A stretch of 64,000 nt of DNA, from NCBI RefSeq assembly GCF_030028105.1, contig NC_092372.1, positions 150,046,058-150,110,057 on the forward strand, written 5' to 3'. Source of the stretch: Mobula birostris (Eukaryota). The notes below the pieces were generated by a model. It was given only the letters and a program-made list of their open reading frames with translations, was not told the origin of the DNA and did not search any database. Position numbers and translations under genes: made by a program. Shown piece by piece: positions 1 through 13,760 of the stretch; the stretch's first letter is position 1; the number at the start of each line of letters is the position of its first letter.

Positions 1-2112
1 TCCTGCATTATCTTAAAATTATGCCCTCTCACATTAGTCATTTCTGCCATTGGAACAAATCTCTGGCAATCCACTATCTATGCCTTTTATCATCTTAAGC
101 AGCTCTGTCAAGTCACCTTTCATCCTTCTTAAGCACCCAATCAACTTGCTTAGCAACTTTGAGGGATCTGTGGACATGGACCCCAAGATCCTTCTGTTCT
201 TCCACACTGCCAATAATCCTGCCCGTTAACCTGGTAATCTGTCTTCAAGTTCGACCTTTCAAAGTGTATCATTTCATATTTTTCTGGACTGAACTCCATC
301 TGCCACTTCTCAGTCCAGCTCTGCATTCTATCAATGTTCCATTGTAACCTATGATAACCTTCTACACTATCTACAATACCACCAGCCTTTCTGTTATCTG
401 CAAACTTACTAACCCACCCTTCCACTTCATCATCCAAGTCATTTATAAACATCGTCACAAATAGGACTCCCATAACAGTCAGGATGTGCTCCATCTACTA
501 CCAATCTCTGTTTTCAGTGGGCAAGTCAATTCTGAATCTCTGTAGCTTCCCTGGATTTCGTGCCTCCTGACTTTCTGGAGCCCACCATGAGGAACTTTGT
601 CGAATGCTTTGCTAAAATCCATATACACTACATCCACCACTCTATCTCCATCAATTTGTTATATTAATTCCTCAAAAAAGTCAGTCAGGCTCAAGAGACA
701 CATCTACCCCTCTCAAAGCCATGCTAACTAGCCCTGTAACCACCCATGCTTTTCCAAATGCTCATAAATCCTTTCTCTAAGAATCCTCTTCAGTAATTTG
801 CCCACTACTGATGTAAGACTCACTAGTTTATAGTTCCCAGGATTATCCCCATTACTTTCTTGAACAAAGGAATAACGTTTGCCACTCTCCAATCCCCTGG
901 CACTATTTCAGTATCCAATGAGGATACAAAGATAATTGCTAAAGGAGCAACAATCTGTTGCCTCGCTCTCCATAGTAACCTGGGCTATATTCTGTTCGGC
1001 CCTGGGGACTTACCTATCTTAATGCTTTTTCAAAAGTTCCAGCACATCCTCTTTCTTAATGTTGACATGTTCCAGCCTGTTTTTCACTGACCTCACATTC
1101 GTCACTGTCCTTCTCACCAGTGAATACTGAAGCAAAGTAGTCGTTAAGGGCCTTTCCTATTCCTCCAACTCCAGGCACATGTTTTTTCTTTTATTCCTGA
1201 TTGGTCCTACGCTCACTTAAGTCATCCTCCAGAAGTGCAGAATGGCTTGGGGTTTTCCTTAAACCTTACTCGCCGAGGTCTTCTTGTGTCCTCTTCTAGC
1301 TCTCCTAAGTTTCCTTTTAAGCTCCTTCCTGTGCCATACAACTTTCAAGAGACTTGTCCCATTCTTAATCTTGACTGTGATCCTTCTTTCCTTTGATTAG
1401 ATTTTCCCCTTCTCTTGTCAGCCATGGTTCCTTCATTCTAGCATCCTTTCTCTGCCACTAATGGACAAGTCTATCCAGAATCCCATGTAACTACTCCCTG
1501 AACAATGTGCATTTCTCTGAGAACATCTGTTCCCAATTGACGCTCTTAAGTCCTTGCCTCATAGCATCATAATTTGTTTTCCCCAATTATTTTTTTTAAC
1601 CATAGTGTCTGTTCCTAATCTTGTCCAAGACTATAGTAAAGATCAGGGAGTTGCGGTCACTGCCTCCAAAATGCTCACCCACCAAGAGATATCAGCTGAT
1701 TAGTTTCATTGCCTAGTACTAGATTCAGTATGGCCTCTCCTCTAGTTAGCCTGTCCACATATTGTGTCAGGAATCCTTCCTAGACATACCTTACAAAATC
1801 TCCCCCATCTGAACATTTTGTACTAAGGAGCTGCTGATCAATATTAGGGAACTTGAAATTACTCATGATGATGACCTGTTATTTTTGTGCCTTTCCAAAA
1901 TCTGCCTTTTGATCTCTCTCTTGCTGTTGGCGGGTCTATAGAATACTCCCAATAGAGTGATTGCACTCTTCTCGTTTCTGACTTCCACCCACACTGACTC
2001 AGTGAACAATCCCTCCATGACTTCCTCCCGTTTTGCAGCTGCAATGCTATATTGATTAGCAATGACACTTCCCCCACCTCTTTCACTTCCTGCCCTGTCC
2101 CTTTTGAACATC
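1..2112 (-). mobile_element. CR1 LINE ORF2 remnant (APE endonuclease + RT), degraded
   Basis: Minus ORFs: ESVWVEVRNEKSAITLLGVFYRP (endonuclease) and FINDLDDEVEGWVSKFADN (RT); many stops and frameshifts. Confidence 0.9.
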
Positions 2113-2474
2113 TTTGAGATGAAAAAGTTCAGGTGCTGGAAATATTAAATTAAAGCACAAGATGCTTCAAACTTTAAGCAGGACAAGCTGCATCCATAGG
2201 AAGGAAAACAGATGCATATTTTCATGACAAGTCTGTCATCAGAACAGTTCTCAAGTATTAACTCTGTTTCTCTTTCCACAGATGCTTTCCTGGTGGCTTA
2301 GTGTTTCCAGTGTATTTTACTTTTATTATTTGTAATATTTTATTCAACATCACTTACTTAAGCTGCTGAATTAAATGTCACGTTCTAATAGAGTAATATG
2401 ACATTTGTGTTATCTTTAAATATACTAAAAGATTCATAACTGACTATGAGTTATATTTGTTTTGTACCTAATAG

Positions 2475-2618
2475 ATGGAAGCCTCTTATTAGCAAGCTGC
2501 TCACAGGACTGCTTGATTCGCATTTGGAGAATATTCATTAGAATAGTATCTACTTCCAAAGATTCTGACAACGAGATAATTAAATTGAAGGAAGATATGT
2601 TTAGTGTCCAGAGTAATC
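2475..2618 (+). CDS. ELP2: ELP2 internal coding exon (1st in window), phase 1 to 1
   Basis: aatag| acceptor, |gtaagt donor; translates (D)GSLLLASCSQDCLIRIWRIFIRIVSTSKDSDNEIIKLKEDMFSVQSN, matching recalled vertebrate ELP2 LFLASCSQDCLIRIW...IRLKENTF. Confidence 0.95.
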
Positions 2619-3666
2619 GTAAGTATTAAAGGTTGGTAGACACGTAAAGCTAATAGTTCAGACTTCAGGGTAGTAGTGCTGATGGTAAAAGGATAAGCAC
2701 TCAATGTGAAGTTTGGCGGTATAGCTTGTGTGTGTGTTTCACATGCAGATCCCAAAGCTGCTGTTGTTGGTTCAATGTGCCTTTGTAGGGTGAGCCACCT
2801 TTAGTAAAATCAGTGAACTGCTCACAATACTCTAATTTTTGCCTCGCGAATGTCTTATACAACTTCAATATAACATCCATGCTCCTGTACGCAGTGCCCT
2901 GATATATGAAGACCTATGTGCCAAATGCTGTCTTTATGAGTCTATTTACAGTAGCTGTAATGCCACTTTCAAGGAATTATGAATCTGTGTTCCTAAGTCC
3001 TTTTGTTCTTCCACATACCTCAGTGCACCACCATTGACCGTGTAAGTCTTACCATGATTTATCCTCCCAATATGCAATCCTTCACACTTGTCTGCATTCC
3101 ATGTGCCATTTTTCAGCCAGTTTTCCCAGCTGGTCCAGATCATGCTGCAAGCTTTGATAGTTTTTCTCATTGTCCACTATACCCACAATCTTGGTATCAT
3201 CTGCAAATTTGCTAATATAGTTTATCATATTATTCTCAAAGTCATCGAGCAGCAACAGATCCAGCACTGATCCCTGTGGAACACTGCTAGTTATAAGCCT
3301 CCATTCAGAGAGGCAACCATTTATTACCACTCTCTGGCTTCTCTAGCTAAGCCAGTGTTGAATCCAATTGGATACTTCATTCTGAATGGCAGGTGATTTA
3401 ATCCATGCAGGTCTTTGTTAAAGGGCTTGCTAAAGTCCATGTAGAAAATGTCCACCCCCTTCTGTTCATCACCCTTCTTGGTAACTTATTTGAAAAACTA
3501 TTAAGATTGTTCAGATGTGACCTGCCACACACAAAGCCATGTTGACTACCCCTAAACAGGCTCTTTCTACCTAAGTGCTTATATATCTTGTCCCTTGTCA
3601 TACCTTCCAATAATTTACAATTGATGTCACTCACTGGCCTTTAACTTCCCAACTTAATCTTGGAGC

Positions 3667-4426
3667 AACACACATCAAAGTTGCTGGTGAACGCAGCAGG
3701 CCAGGCAGCATCTCTAGGAAGAGGGACAGTCGACGTTTCAGGCCGAGACCCTTCGTCAGGACTAACTGAAGGAAGAGTGAGTAAGGGATTTGAAAGTTGG
3801 AGGGGGAGGGGGAGATCCAAAATGATAGGAGAAGACAGGAGGGGGAGGGATAGAGCCAAGAGCTGGACAGGTGATAGGCAAAAGGGGATACGAGAGGATC
3901 ATGGGACAGGAGGTCCGGGAAGAAAGACAAGGGAGGGGGGGACCCAGAGGATGGGCAAGAGGTATATTTAGAGGGACAGAGGGAGAAAAAGGAGAGTGAG
4001 AGAAAGAATGTGTGCATAAAAATGAGTAACAGATGGGGTACGAGGGGGAGGTGGGGCCTTAGCGGAAGTTAGAGAAGTCGATGTTCATGCCATCAGGTTG
4101 GAGGCTACCCAGACGGAATATAAGGTGTTGTTCCTCCAACCTGAGTGTGGCCTCATCTTTACAGTAGAGGAGGCCGTGGATGGACATGTCAGAATGGGAA
4201 TGGGATGTGGAATTAAAATGTGTGGCCACTGGGAGATCCTGCTTTCTCTGGCAGACAGAGCGTAGATGTTCAGCAAAGCGGTCTCCCAGTCTGCGTCAGG
4301 TCTCGCCAATATATAAAAGGCCACATCGGGAGCACCGGATGCAGTATATCACCCCAGTCGACTCACAGGTGAAGTGTTGCCTCACCTGGAAGGACTGTTT
4401 GGGGCCCTGAATGGTGGTAAGGGAGG
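3667..4426 (-). mobile_element. Young 5'-truncated Penelope-like element (GIY-YIG end, 3' UTR with hammerhead)
   Basis: Minus strand encodes IYCIRCSRCGLLYIGET...QPDGMNIDFSNF; 11-bp TSD AATCTTGGAGC at 3656-3666 and 4427-4437; near-identical to the copy at 62.5 kb. Confidence 0.92.
3728..3763 (-). ncRNA. Minimal type I hammerhead ribozyme in Penelope end
   Basis: Minus: AGTC-CTGACGA-AGG gtctcgg CCT-GAAA-CGTC-GACT; helix I agtc/gact, helix II agg/cct, helix III replaced by palindrome ACGT. Confidence 0.8.
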
Positions 4427-4875
4427 AATCTTGGAGCCTTTCTTAAACAATAGAGCAACAGTCCTCCATAAATATATATTTATATATAGATTCCGTCATC
4501 CTTTAGGAATATATTCTACTGGTTCTAATTTGTATATAGTATAACTTAATGCTATTATTAAGATGACCCATTTACTCCTCTGTACCATCACTTGCATCAG
4601 TAAATATTTCAACCTGTCTATTATTAATATCCTCATCTGTTTATTTATTGCCTAGATAGTCCTAATATATCCATATGTATTTATGAATTAGTTTTGTTTG
4701 CTAACTCTCCTCTCATGCTGACTCATGTTTTGATTAATTGAGACATTTTATAAATGAAAATTGTTTTAGACTGATTCAACTCCTAAAACTATTGGCAGAT
4801 GAAATGATCATCATTGCTTTCTTCAACTGAATTATTAAGATTGCTTATTTTACAGTCACTTCTGTTTTCCTTTAG

Positions 4876-4971
4876 AGGAAGAGGTGACTTATGCAGTAAC
4901 ACTAGAAACAGTGTTGTCTGGCCATGAAAATTGGGTTTATGGACTACATTGGCATCCTCCGATTTACAAAG
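4876..4971 (+). CDS. ELP2: ELP2 exon (2nd in window), phase 1 to 1
   Basis: tttag|, |gtatga; (Q)EEVTYAVTLETVLSGHENWVYGLHWHPPIYK matches ELP2 AVTLETVLAGHENWV. Confidence 0.96.
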
Positions 4972-7900
4972 GTATGATTTCACAATGCTGTTAACATAAT
5001 TAGGTTTTTATTTGAGTGTATCTAAAAAATGTATTGTAAAGTTCCACTATTATTGTAACATAGACTTCAACTAATTAACCATGATAATTTTGACGTAAAA
5101 CAAACAAACCAGAGTTCCTTGCAAATTCAGTCCATATTAATAGTATTCCATTATTCTACCCAGAATTTATAGGAATTTATGTATGAATAAGTAGCATTTA
5201 TTAGTGGTAGTCTGGAATTCTGTGTTATTGAAACTGATTGTAAATGATAATAACTTTGCCAACCTCCTTGCTACTCGATCAATATTGTGGAAAAAATCAA
5301 TTTACTGAGTTACTACAGGTTTTGATTGCTTTTACCACTCAATGTGCAAAATGATGCTGATATCTGCCAAATAATTCTTTATTCTTATTCATGTAGTAAT
5401 CTTATACTTGTTGGGATGAAGGATGAAAGTAAAACTGTGGGGAGGCTAATATCCTCTTTTCCTATCTCTCTAGGGTCTTGACCCAAACATGAGTTGTCCA
5501 TTTCCCTTCCATGTCTGTTCCCGAACCCATTGATTTTATTCCAGCAGCTCATTTTCACTCCAGATTCCAGCATTTGAAGTCTCTTGTGTATCTATTATCT
5601 CTTCCTTTCTTACCTTCATCAGGGTTCATGATAATTAGAACTCAGCCAAATCCTGACTTCTTCAATTTAGTTTTGTATGGAATAAGGTGTAAAATTTGAA
5701 CACATTTGCTCACAAAATAGATAACTGTCATAACACTATTCCTGCTCTTTTTCAGTTTTTAATTATACTGGCAATATATCTAAAATTGTAGCTATTTTGA
5801 GATTAGTATGTTACTTAAAAGTACAACTTCGTCAACTGAAGATTTAGTGGCAGAATATAAAAATAGAGTAAAAATGGTGCCTTTGACCCTGAAATCTAAT
5901 TGTTAGAGTTCAGAATCGTATCTTGGGTGTCTATCCACCAGGGTCATAGATCCTTGTATTGGGTGGTGTTGACTTGGTGAACATTGATAACAGTAATGGC
6001 ATGCAGAAAGATTTTCAGAGTCATGGTTCTGTTAGTGGTCTATTAATCTATTATGTGGTACCTACCAAAATCTTTCTAGAATTCAAAAGGAATTGCATCC
6101 TCAATATTACTATAGTCTGCACTCTGTTATCTTTTTAAGGAGTTAGCAATGTTGATCAAGCAAGACTTACCCTTTTGAATGAACTTGACTCTTTTGTTTT
6201 TTTAAATTTTTGTTTCCTTTTTGATGTTGATTCCATCATTTCGTAAGCTACTAAAGTTGAATTGGCAGATCTGTATTTCACTGAGCGTGTTCTACCTCCC
6301 TTCATAACTATAGTTACCTTGTCAGTTACCTGCCAGGCCTCAGATGTTACACCAAGCTAAACTGGCCAACAACTCATGGCATCACATATATGTGAAGTTA
6401 AAGATAGAAATTTGAAATTACTTTGATAAATGCACCTGTGGTTTGCCATGATAGTGCCCACTCATTGCAGTGGTGTGTTCTCTCAGCATTGTCACCACAG
6501 GGAGCCCACTGATATCTTAGAAGCTGAATACTGGAGAAAGCCCTCTGGTGGTGACACACTCTCTGGAATCTGAAGGTCGTGCAGCCTGCAATTACTTCTG
6601 AGGATGCCCAGTCAGGTTTCCTGATGTCAATAGCTTCTGCTTTTAAGTCAAAAACAGTAACAAGCTCTGAGACTGTTTCCTATTATTGTAGGCAATGCCT
6701 TTTGGCTCCATCTGATGTCTGAAAGAGTAAAATGGGAATGCATGAATGGTGATACCATTGGGTGCACATTTGATGACTGGAAAATGTCGGGGGCTCCAGC
6801 ATTATTATGCCAGGAAGTTCAGTCTCCTGATGGGCACCAATACGCTTGTAAATGGTTGTACTATGAGCTATAAAGAGTATTTGCAGGATTTAGCATGTTA
6901 AAAATCAGTGCTAATTGATCCATTTTCTGACACACATCTTTTAACTGCTTAGAATGGTGACAGATCTTTGCAGAGTGTCCAGGTCTGTATCCTATAGTAT
7001 GTTCAAGCAAAGCTCCACTTTGTAATTCTCAGACTTCATGGGAAGTTGTCACTGAGGTGAACCTTGTCACTAAAATCATGTTAATAGGTCAGATGATCAA
7101 AAGCTTGATCAAATAAGTAGGTTTTTAAATGAAAGAGAAAAAGAGGTTTGGCAAGGAATTTGGAGTTGACACCTCAGATGAAGACATGGACATATGTCCT
7201 GGAGATACAGGAAACTGCAGATGTAGGAATCTGGAACAACAAACAATCTGAAGAAACTCAGCAAGTTGAGTGGCATCTGTGGGTGGAAAGGATTTGTTTA
7301 GACGTCAGATCCAATTTACTTGCCTTGGATTCATATTCCATATACTAGCCTATTGACTGAATGTTGAAAATTTTAGTTGTACCAGAATTAACAACCTGTC
7401 GGAATGATTTCCAAATTTCCAATCTATTTTGAATGAGTAAGTGCTTCCAGATTTAATTCCTGCATTGCCTGCATCCATGTTGAAGATTGTGCTCTTTTGT
7501 TCTGAATTCACCCCACAGAATGGAATGCTTTCACTGTATACCCTCCTTTAAATCCCTGTAGTATGTTAAATGTCGTGACTAGATCATCACTTGAGTCTAA
7601 ATTCAAGTTTATAAAAGCTATATTTATGCAGCGTGCACTCATTATTTATTTATTTTGAGCCTTGGTAAAATTCCAGTAGCCTTCTAAATCAAAGGGAAGT
7701 GCTAGGTCTGAGCTGGCATGAAACATACTCTCCAAATTGGTTATTTTAGTCTTGTGTGGCTCAAAAATCAATCCACATTGCATTTTTAAGGAAATGACAA
7801 GGTATGTTCTGGGACCTCAGTTTCTTGTTATGATTGTAGAAGAATAGTTTTAAAATTGACATAAAGTTGATCTATATATTCACATAATCATGAAATAGTA

Positions 7901-7989
7901 ATTTCTAATTAAAAGCAGGAACGCTGATTACTGCATAGTGTTGTGATGCAATGTGCTGAATGTGGATACTAAATGACTGGAAAAAGATG

Positions 7990-9675
7990 CAGTGGATTCT
8001 GGTTAATTGGGACACATTGGGACTAGTATGTTTTGGTGGCAACCCTAATTAGCTGAAGTTTCACAAAAGTAGATAAAAAGGTATGAAAAAGACAAACTGA
8101 GCAGCAAATTATGTATTTAAATGAAATGCAGAGAAAATTAGAACGCTACCAATACTACTACAGTACTATAAGATGGTGTATTAATTCCTAATACTTATTG
8201 ATGGAGTAATTCATCCACATCGCTTTCTTTTGAGTGCTAATGAACAAAATCAGTGCAGACACCCTAGTGCAGATAATGGACTACCTGCATACAATCCTTT
8301 CAAAGTAAATTTATTATTAAAGTACAAGTATGTTGTCATATACAACCCTGAGATTTTTCTTGTGGTCAATCACAGTAAATTACAAGAAAAATAACAGAAA
8401 CATTGAAAAACCACACCCACAATGCAGACAACAACCAGTGTGCAAAAACAAACAACAAACTGCAAATACATAAACAGAAATAAAAGAAATAATAATAATA
8501 GTAACAAATAAATAACCAATTAATATTGAGAACATGAGATGGAGTGTCCTTGAAAGTGAGTCCATTTCAGTAGGAGCAGTTCAGTGATAGGGCAAGTGAA
8601 TTTCCATGAAGTTAGCTCCTCTAGTTCAAGAGCCTGATGGCTGAGGGATAATAACTGTTCCTGAACCTGGGTCCTGAGGCACATGTACCATCTACCTGAT
8701 GGCAGCAACAAGAAGTGAGCATTGTTGGCGGGGGTCCTTGATGGATGCTATTTTTCCGCAACAGCCCTCTGTGTAGATGTGCTCAATGAAGATCGTCTGG
8801 GCTGTATCGACTGCATACTGTAGGTTTTTCTGTCTAAGAGCATTGGTGTTTTCATATCAGTGAGCAACCAGTCAATATATTCTCCATCACACACGTCTAT
8901 AGAAATTTGTCAAAGTTTTAAATATCATGCTGAAACAGTGCAAACTCCTAAGGAAGTAGAGACGTTGCTGTGCTTTCTTTGTAATGGTACTTAGATACTG
9001 GACCCAGAATGGATCCTCTGAAATGATAATACCGAGGAATTTAAAGTTGCTGACGCTCTCCACCTACAAACCCCCAATGAGGACTGGCTCACGAACTTCC
9101 AGTTTCCTCCTCCTAAAGTCAATAATTATCTCCTTGGTCTTGCTAATATTGAGTGAAAGTTATTGTTATGACACTATTCAGCCAGATTTTAAATCCACGA
9201 TTGCATCCTCCAAATCTTCATTTTAATTGTAACATTCAAGATGATTGTCAGTACCTTCGAAGTACCTAACTTGTTGATTGAAGTAAAATCACTTCAGTTT
9301 CACTCCTGGCCATTTCTGACATCTACAAGCCAGGATGCTTAGAACCACAGTGAGCAAAACAGTTCTGATTTGGTTTACTGCTTATTTCTTGCCAACAGTC
9401 AGTGCAAAAATCACAGCTTTTTGACAACAAACACACACACTGATGCTATTTATAAACTCAAATGAAGCACAGTGTAGTGTCTAACAACCGCACAAGTGCA
9501 CGATTGATGCTAGTTAGAAACTGTTGAGCAACAGTCTCCTCCAGCTAAGCAGCATAGTGTCTGAAGTAAACAAAGGGAATCGGTATTTTATCGATTAATT
9601 TTTCTTCTTTAAGAGTTTTTCCTATAAAAGCAGTAGCCCTGATTAACCGATTACCCAATTAACCAGAATCTGATG
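7990..9675. mobile_element. Tigger/pogo-like non-autonomous DNA transposon, interrupted by a Rex1 fragment
   Basis: Imperfect TIRs CAGTGGATTCTGGTTAATTGGG ... CCCAATTAACCAGAATCTGATG followed by TA. Confidence 0.7.
8299..9190 (-). mobile_element. Rex1/Babar-type LINE 3' fragment
   Basis: LLPSGRWY and FKFLGII motifs on minus; tail AATAAATTTACTTTGA shared with other copies in the window. Confidence 0.8.
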
Positions 9676-9704
9676 TATTTGAATTGGTTATGTTTACTTT
9701 AGTA

Positions 9705-10259
9705 CAGGTATGTGTCGCTTAACGTCCATGATAAGTTCTGTGAAATCGGACGTTGTGTGATTTAGATGTTGTGCGACCACCATATTATATACTTAGCAAA
9801 CCTATATGGAGTTCTGTGGTGTACCTGTATTGACTATATAGCCAAGAACTTACACTAAAACTGTATACTGTACACTATAATGCATACATACGTACACTAT
9901 AATTTTTTTTTTCGTTTTAACCTTTTTAATTTTTTTCACTTTTTAAACTTTAATGTAAACATTTTATTAGCCTATATCACACACAATTTATCAAAGATGA
10001 TCAAGATCATCCACATCACTGTTCTCAACTTCCTCTGTTCCACTGGAAGTGTTTCGAGTCGAATAACCTGCGTTTGGAAGCCACGATGCACTTTATGGAA
10101 ATATTTTTGAAAGAAAATTAAACAGAGATAACGCTACTACACTCGAGACACGCGATACGCGAGATTGGTTACGTCCGCTATGTCACGTTCTCCGATTGGG
10201 ACTGCAGACGTATATGCGATTGGACGTTGTCCGAATGGACGTTAAGCAGCGCACACCTG
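9705..10259. mobile_element. Tigger3/Golem-like MITE
   Basis: TA|CAGGTATGTGTCGCTTAACGTCC ... GGACGTTAAGCAGCGCACACCTG|TA; TA target duplication. Confidence 0.85.
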
Positions 10260-11948
10260 TATTGACGTGCTCCATGCAATTCTCTTTGTTCAATCTCTGC
10301 AATTCATCTTTGTACTAAATAAAGTGTTAGTTTTGTTGCCATCATTTATTATTACCTCCCAGTGTTTTTCTCCATTAAAGTTTATTAAACTTTTCAGAAT
10401 ACTGGTTATCTATAATTAACATGAAGTGCATGTCTGCTGTAATGTGAACAAAATGCTAAAAATACAGCCTGAGCTGGTTTACTTATGTGCTTTTGTGTAG
10501 TCATAAATGTTTGATGTGTTGGAGGTTCTATTTATAAAGTGGGGCTTAGAAGCTAATACATTTTTTATTTGGTTGTCCTGCAATATTTTACATTTACTGC
10601 TTTTAGCATACTTTGTAAATGAAGAGCATTTATGAATATCATTGGCCACTTTAAGACTAGGTTATGAAATCTTTCCTGGTGTACATCATTAATGAACCAG
10701 CAAAAGAAAATTAATAGGACAATGATGTACCGCCACTGTTAAACGAATACATGTTTTGTAGTGTATGGCCAGCTTCAGAAAGAGTTTCTGGTTGTGAGAT
10801 ATGAAAAGTATTCACAACAAATTTTGTGTACGCTCACAAAGGTTTTCAGTTCAAAGGTGAAAAATCAACTCTTGCTTTGTTCACTACAGATGTTTCCTGA
10901 CTTACTGAATATCTTGAGCATTTTCTGCTTTTATTTCAGATTTCTAGCATCTACAGTATTTTGCTTTATTAAGTAATGGTTATGATTTTCTTATATGGCA
11001 GCTTTTGATCTACTCTAACCAAGATTGTTTAATCTGGAAGAAAATGGAATTATGCCCTTTCTGTACTTACCATATATTTAATCCAAGTTTTAATCAGTGA
11101 TCTCAAAAATGTTTTCAAAAGATTTTAGCTATAAAATTTTAAAATAACTAAAGAATGCCGTGGAATATAAAGTCAATGGCAGCATGAAAGTTGCGTGTAT
11201 TGTCAGATGCACAAGTACTGTTATTGGTGTAACCCATTTTAAATAGTCACCAGTTTTCATTAAATACAAATAAGTGGTTTGCTTATTTTTCCTATGCATT
11301 TCTATATTTTTAATTAATTTCTGGTTGCTTAAGATACTTTAATTAAGCTTATTCTTTCATTACCTAAGTCTACTTGGAGCTATTTCCTGGTTTGTGTACA
11401 GTATACCTAAAAAAAACTTTTGACAGTAATGGCCTGTCAAAGACCAGAGGCATTGTGGATCAGTTTGATTGGCTTTGTAACATGGCTGCAACATCCAGAG
11501 GGCTAATTCAATTCATCCTGTCAAGTTGGCAAGGGAAATGTTTATTGTGATGAGAATGGGATTGAGTGTGGGTAGATGTCTGGATGCTCTATGAGCCTAC
11601 CTGTTGACTGTATCTGAAGGCTTAATCTAATTAGGCCAAGACTTTGAAGTTGTTGTTTCTAAATGCAAATGATGGGGCTAAGAGTTACATATTAATCTTT
11701 GTGATAACCTGAGGATCAGAAACTCAAAACTGCGTAACTAATTTTTCTTGATAATTTATTTGAGTTTGTTGTTTTAAGTGCTTTTAGAATGAAAATTTTT
11801 AATTTAGTTAGTTATCAGTTTTTAAAAAAATGCTCTGTTAATTCTTGAGCTCAAGTGTTATGTAGTGAAATGCAACTATTTCTATATGATCATTCAGTAC
11901 AGCCTGACTTGAAGGACTTGATTGTTTCTGCACTTGTTTCTCCTCTAG

Positions 11949-12049
11949 ATAGCAGACTTGAACAGCCCTTATCCTTGTTATCAGCATCAATGGATAAAAC
12001 AATGATCCTTTGGACTTCAGATGAAGAATCCGGTGTGTGGCTAGAACAG
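11949..12049 (+). CDS. ELP2: ELP2 exon (3rd), phase 1 to 0
   Basis: ctctag|, |gtgagt; (D)[33 protein letters not shown]. Confidence 0.97.
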
Positions 12050-13760
12050 GTGAGTTTTTCTGATCAATTATATTTTAATGCTGTTTTCCTTAGTTCATTG
12101 ACAGCAAGTTGTGAGATTTTATAAAAACAATTAAAAATTGACCACAACTAATTGAAGATCAATTGTCATTTCTGATTTAAAAAAAAATGTTTTTTGTTAA
12201 ACTCGTTCATGTTTGGAAAGCGCAGTGTATTGGAGCAGCTGTTGCTTGTCTCATTTATTCCTTGGAGTGTCGTTCTCAAGATCAATGGGCTTTTTGTGGA
12301 TCTGGGGTTTTCATGTATCCTTATTTTTCCCCCTTTGCTGGAGGAGAAGTGCGTGTAAATGGTGGGTCAGTGAAAGAAACAATACATCAGTTGTCTTTTG
12401 AGCTATTTATCTACCACAGGTACTCCCTGATGCCCGGGGCAACGGAATAGATCTCTGAGAGTTAATAAAGCAAGAGTGTGGCTTTGCTCTATGCTTAAAC
12501 GAGCATGCAAATTATTTTTAATGAACTCCGGACAGCTTGGTTGGAGTTGGCTTTTGCCACAAGGGAGGCTTCCAATTGTTAAGTAATAGAAGATTCCAGG
12601 TCCAGCATGCCCTGGGGCAGAAAAGTTGGGTGGGAGGGTGTTTCCCCTTCATGAAGAATTTTCCACTTTGATTACGCATGCTGAAGTATTATTAATTTAG
12701 AAATGTATAGCTCTATTCTAAACTAAAATTCACCTTTTGGAAGCATGAACATGAAAATGGGTATGTCAGTTTCTCAATTTTACTTGACACTCAAGTAGAT
12801 TGTGAATGATGACACCTAAATTACATTTACTGTCCTTAGCCATTGCCTAACGGATCTCATTCCACCTCAACCATGATAATTCTATTTATCGTAATGCTCA
12901 CAGCTACTTGGGGGAGGCAGTGAGTATTACAAATTTCTTGGACCTGTTGTTGGAAAAAGTGCTAATGGTTCACTGTGGCCTCTTATTCTTGATCCAGCCA
13001 TCAGAGGGCATGGTTTCTCTGTATGTATCCCTTTTTACTCATTTTAATGATTTTAGTACTTCAGCTGGATAATTTCTTGACCTTTCAAGTTCTTGTTAAT
13101 GTTAATAAAGTTAATATATTATTGTGGTGGCTCTATATACTCCAACCTTCTAAAGCTGTTATATCTTCCTGTGCTTTGGGCTGTAAAGTCAAATACTGCC
13201 ATCCAAATGAAAATTTGACCAAAGTACTGTAAGATTTCCCACATCTGATACTTCACCATTGCTTAGATGTTCCGTTCTTCAACTGCTTCCTATAGTTATA
13301 CAGGATATTCTATGTACTTCCTGAATCTTAATGATTCTCACCTTTCCAGTTTTCAGATATAATTTATAAGGATTCTAGGTTATTTCTTTTAGACAACATA
13401 TCATTCTCCAATTCTTTCCTTATCCCTCTTGACTCACCTGTATGTTAAATGTCTGTTAATCTCTGCCTTGAATACATTCATGACTGTCCTGACAGCTCTT
13501 TGGGATAGAAAGTTTCAAAGGTCCCTGACACTTTGAAGGAAGACATTCCACCGTATGTCTGTCTTAAATGAAGTCCACTTATTCTGAAACTATGCTTCTG
13601 CTGTGGGGAAACGTCTCAACGTCTGCCCTGTCAGTGCCTCTCCAAATACATCAATGAATATAGGGGCAACCTTCCTTCATGTGTCAAGCCCTTTATCCCA
13701 GGAATTTATCTGGTGAACCTTCTCTACTCTGCCTTCAGTGCAAGCTCATTCTTCCTTAAA

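Larger units (their letters stand above)
2780..4470 (-). mobile_element. CR1 RT fragment, interrupted by a Penelope insertion
   Basis: SQHGFVCGRS, SSVPQGSVL, ISKFADDTKI motifs; resumes at 4427-4470 after the insertion. Confidence 0.88.

Noticed and set aside
11855-12124. ORF-track calls overlapping exons (11855, 30261, 36224, 60239) as standalone genes
   Set aside because: ELP2 similarity is confined between AG/GT sites; the flanks are intronic read-through.
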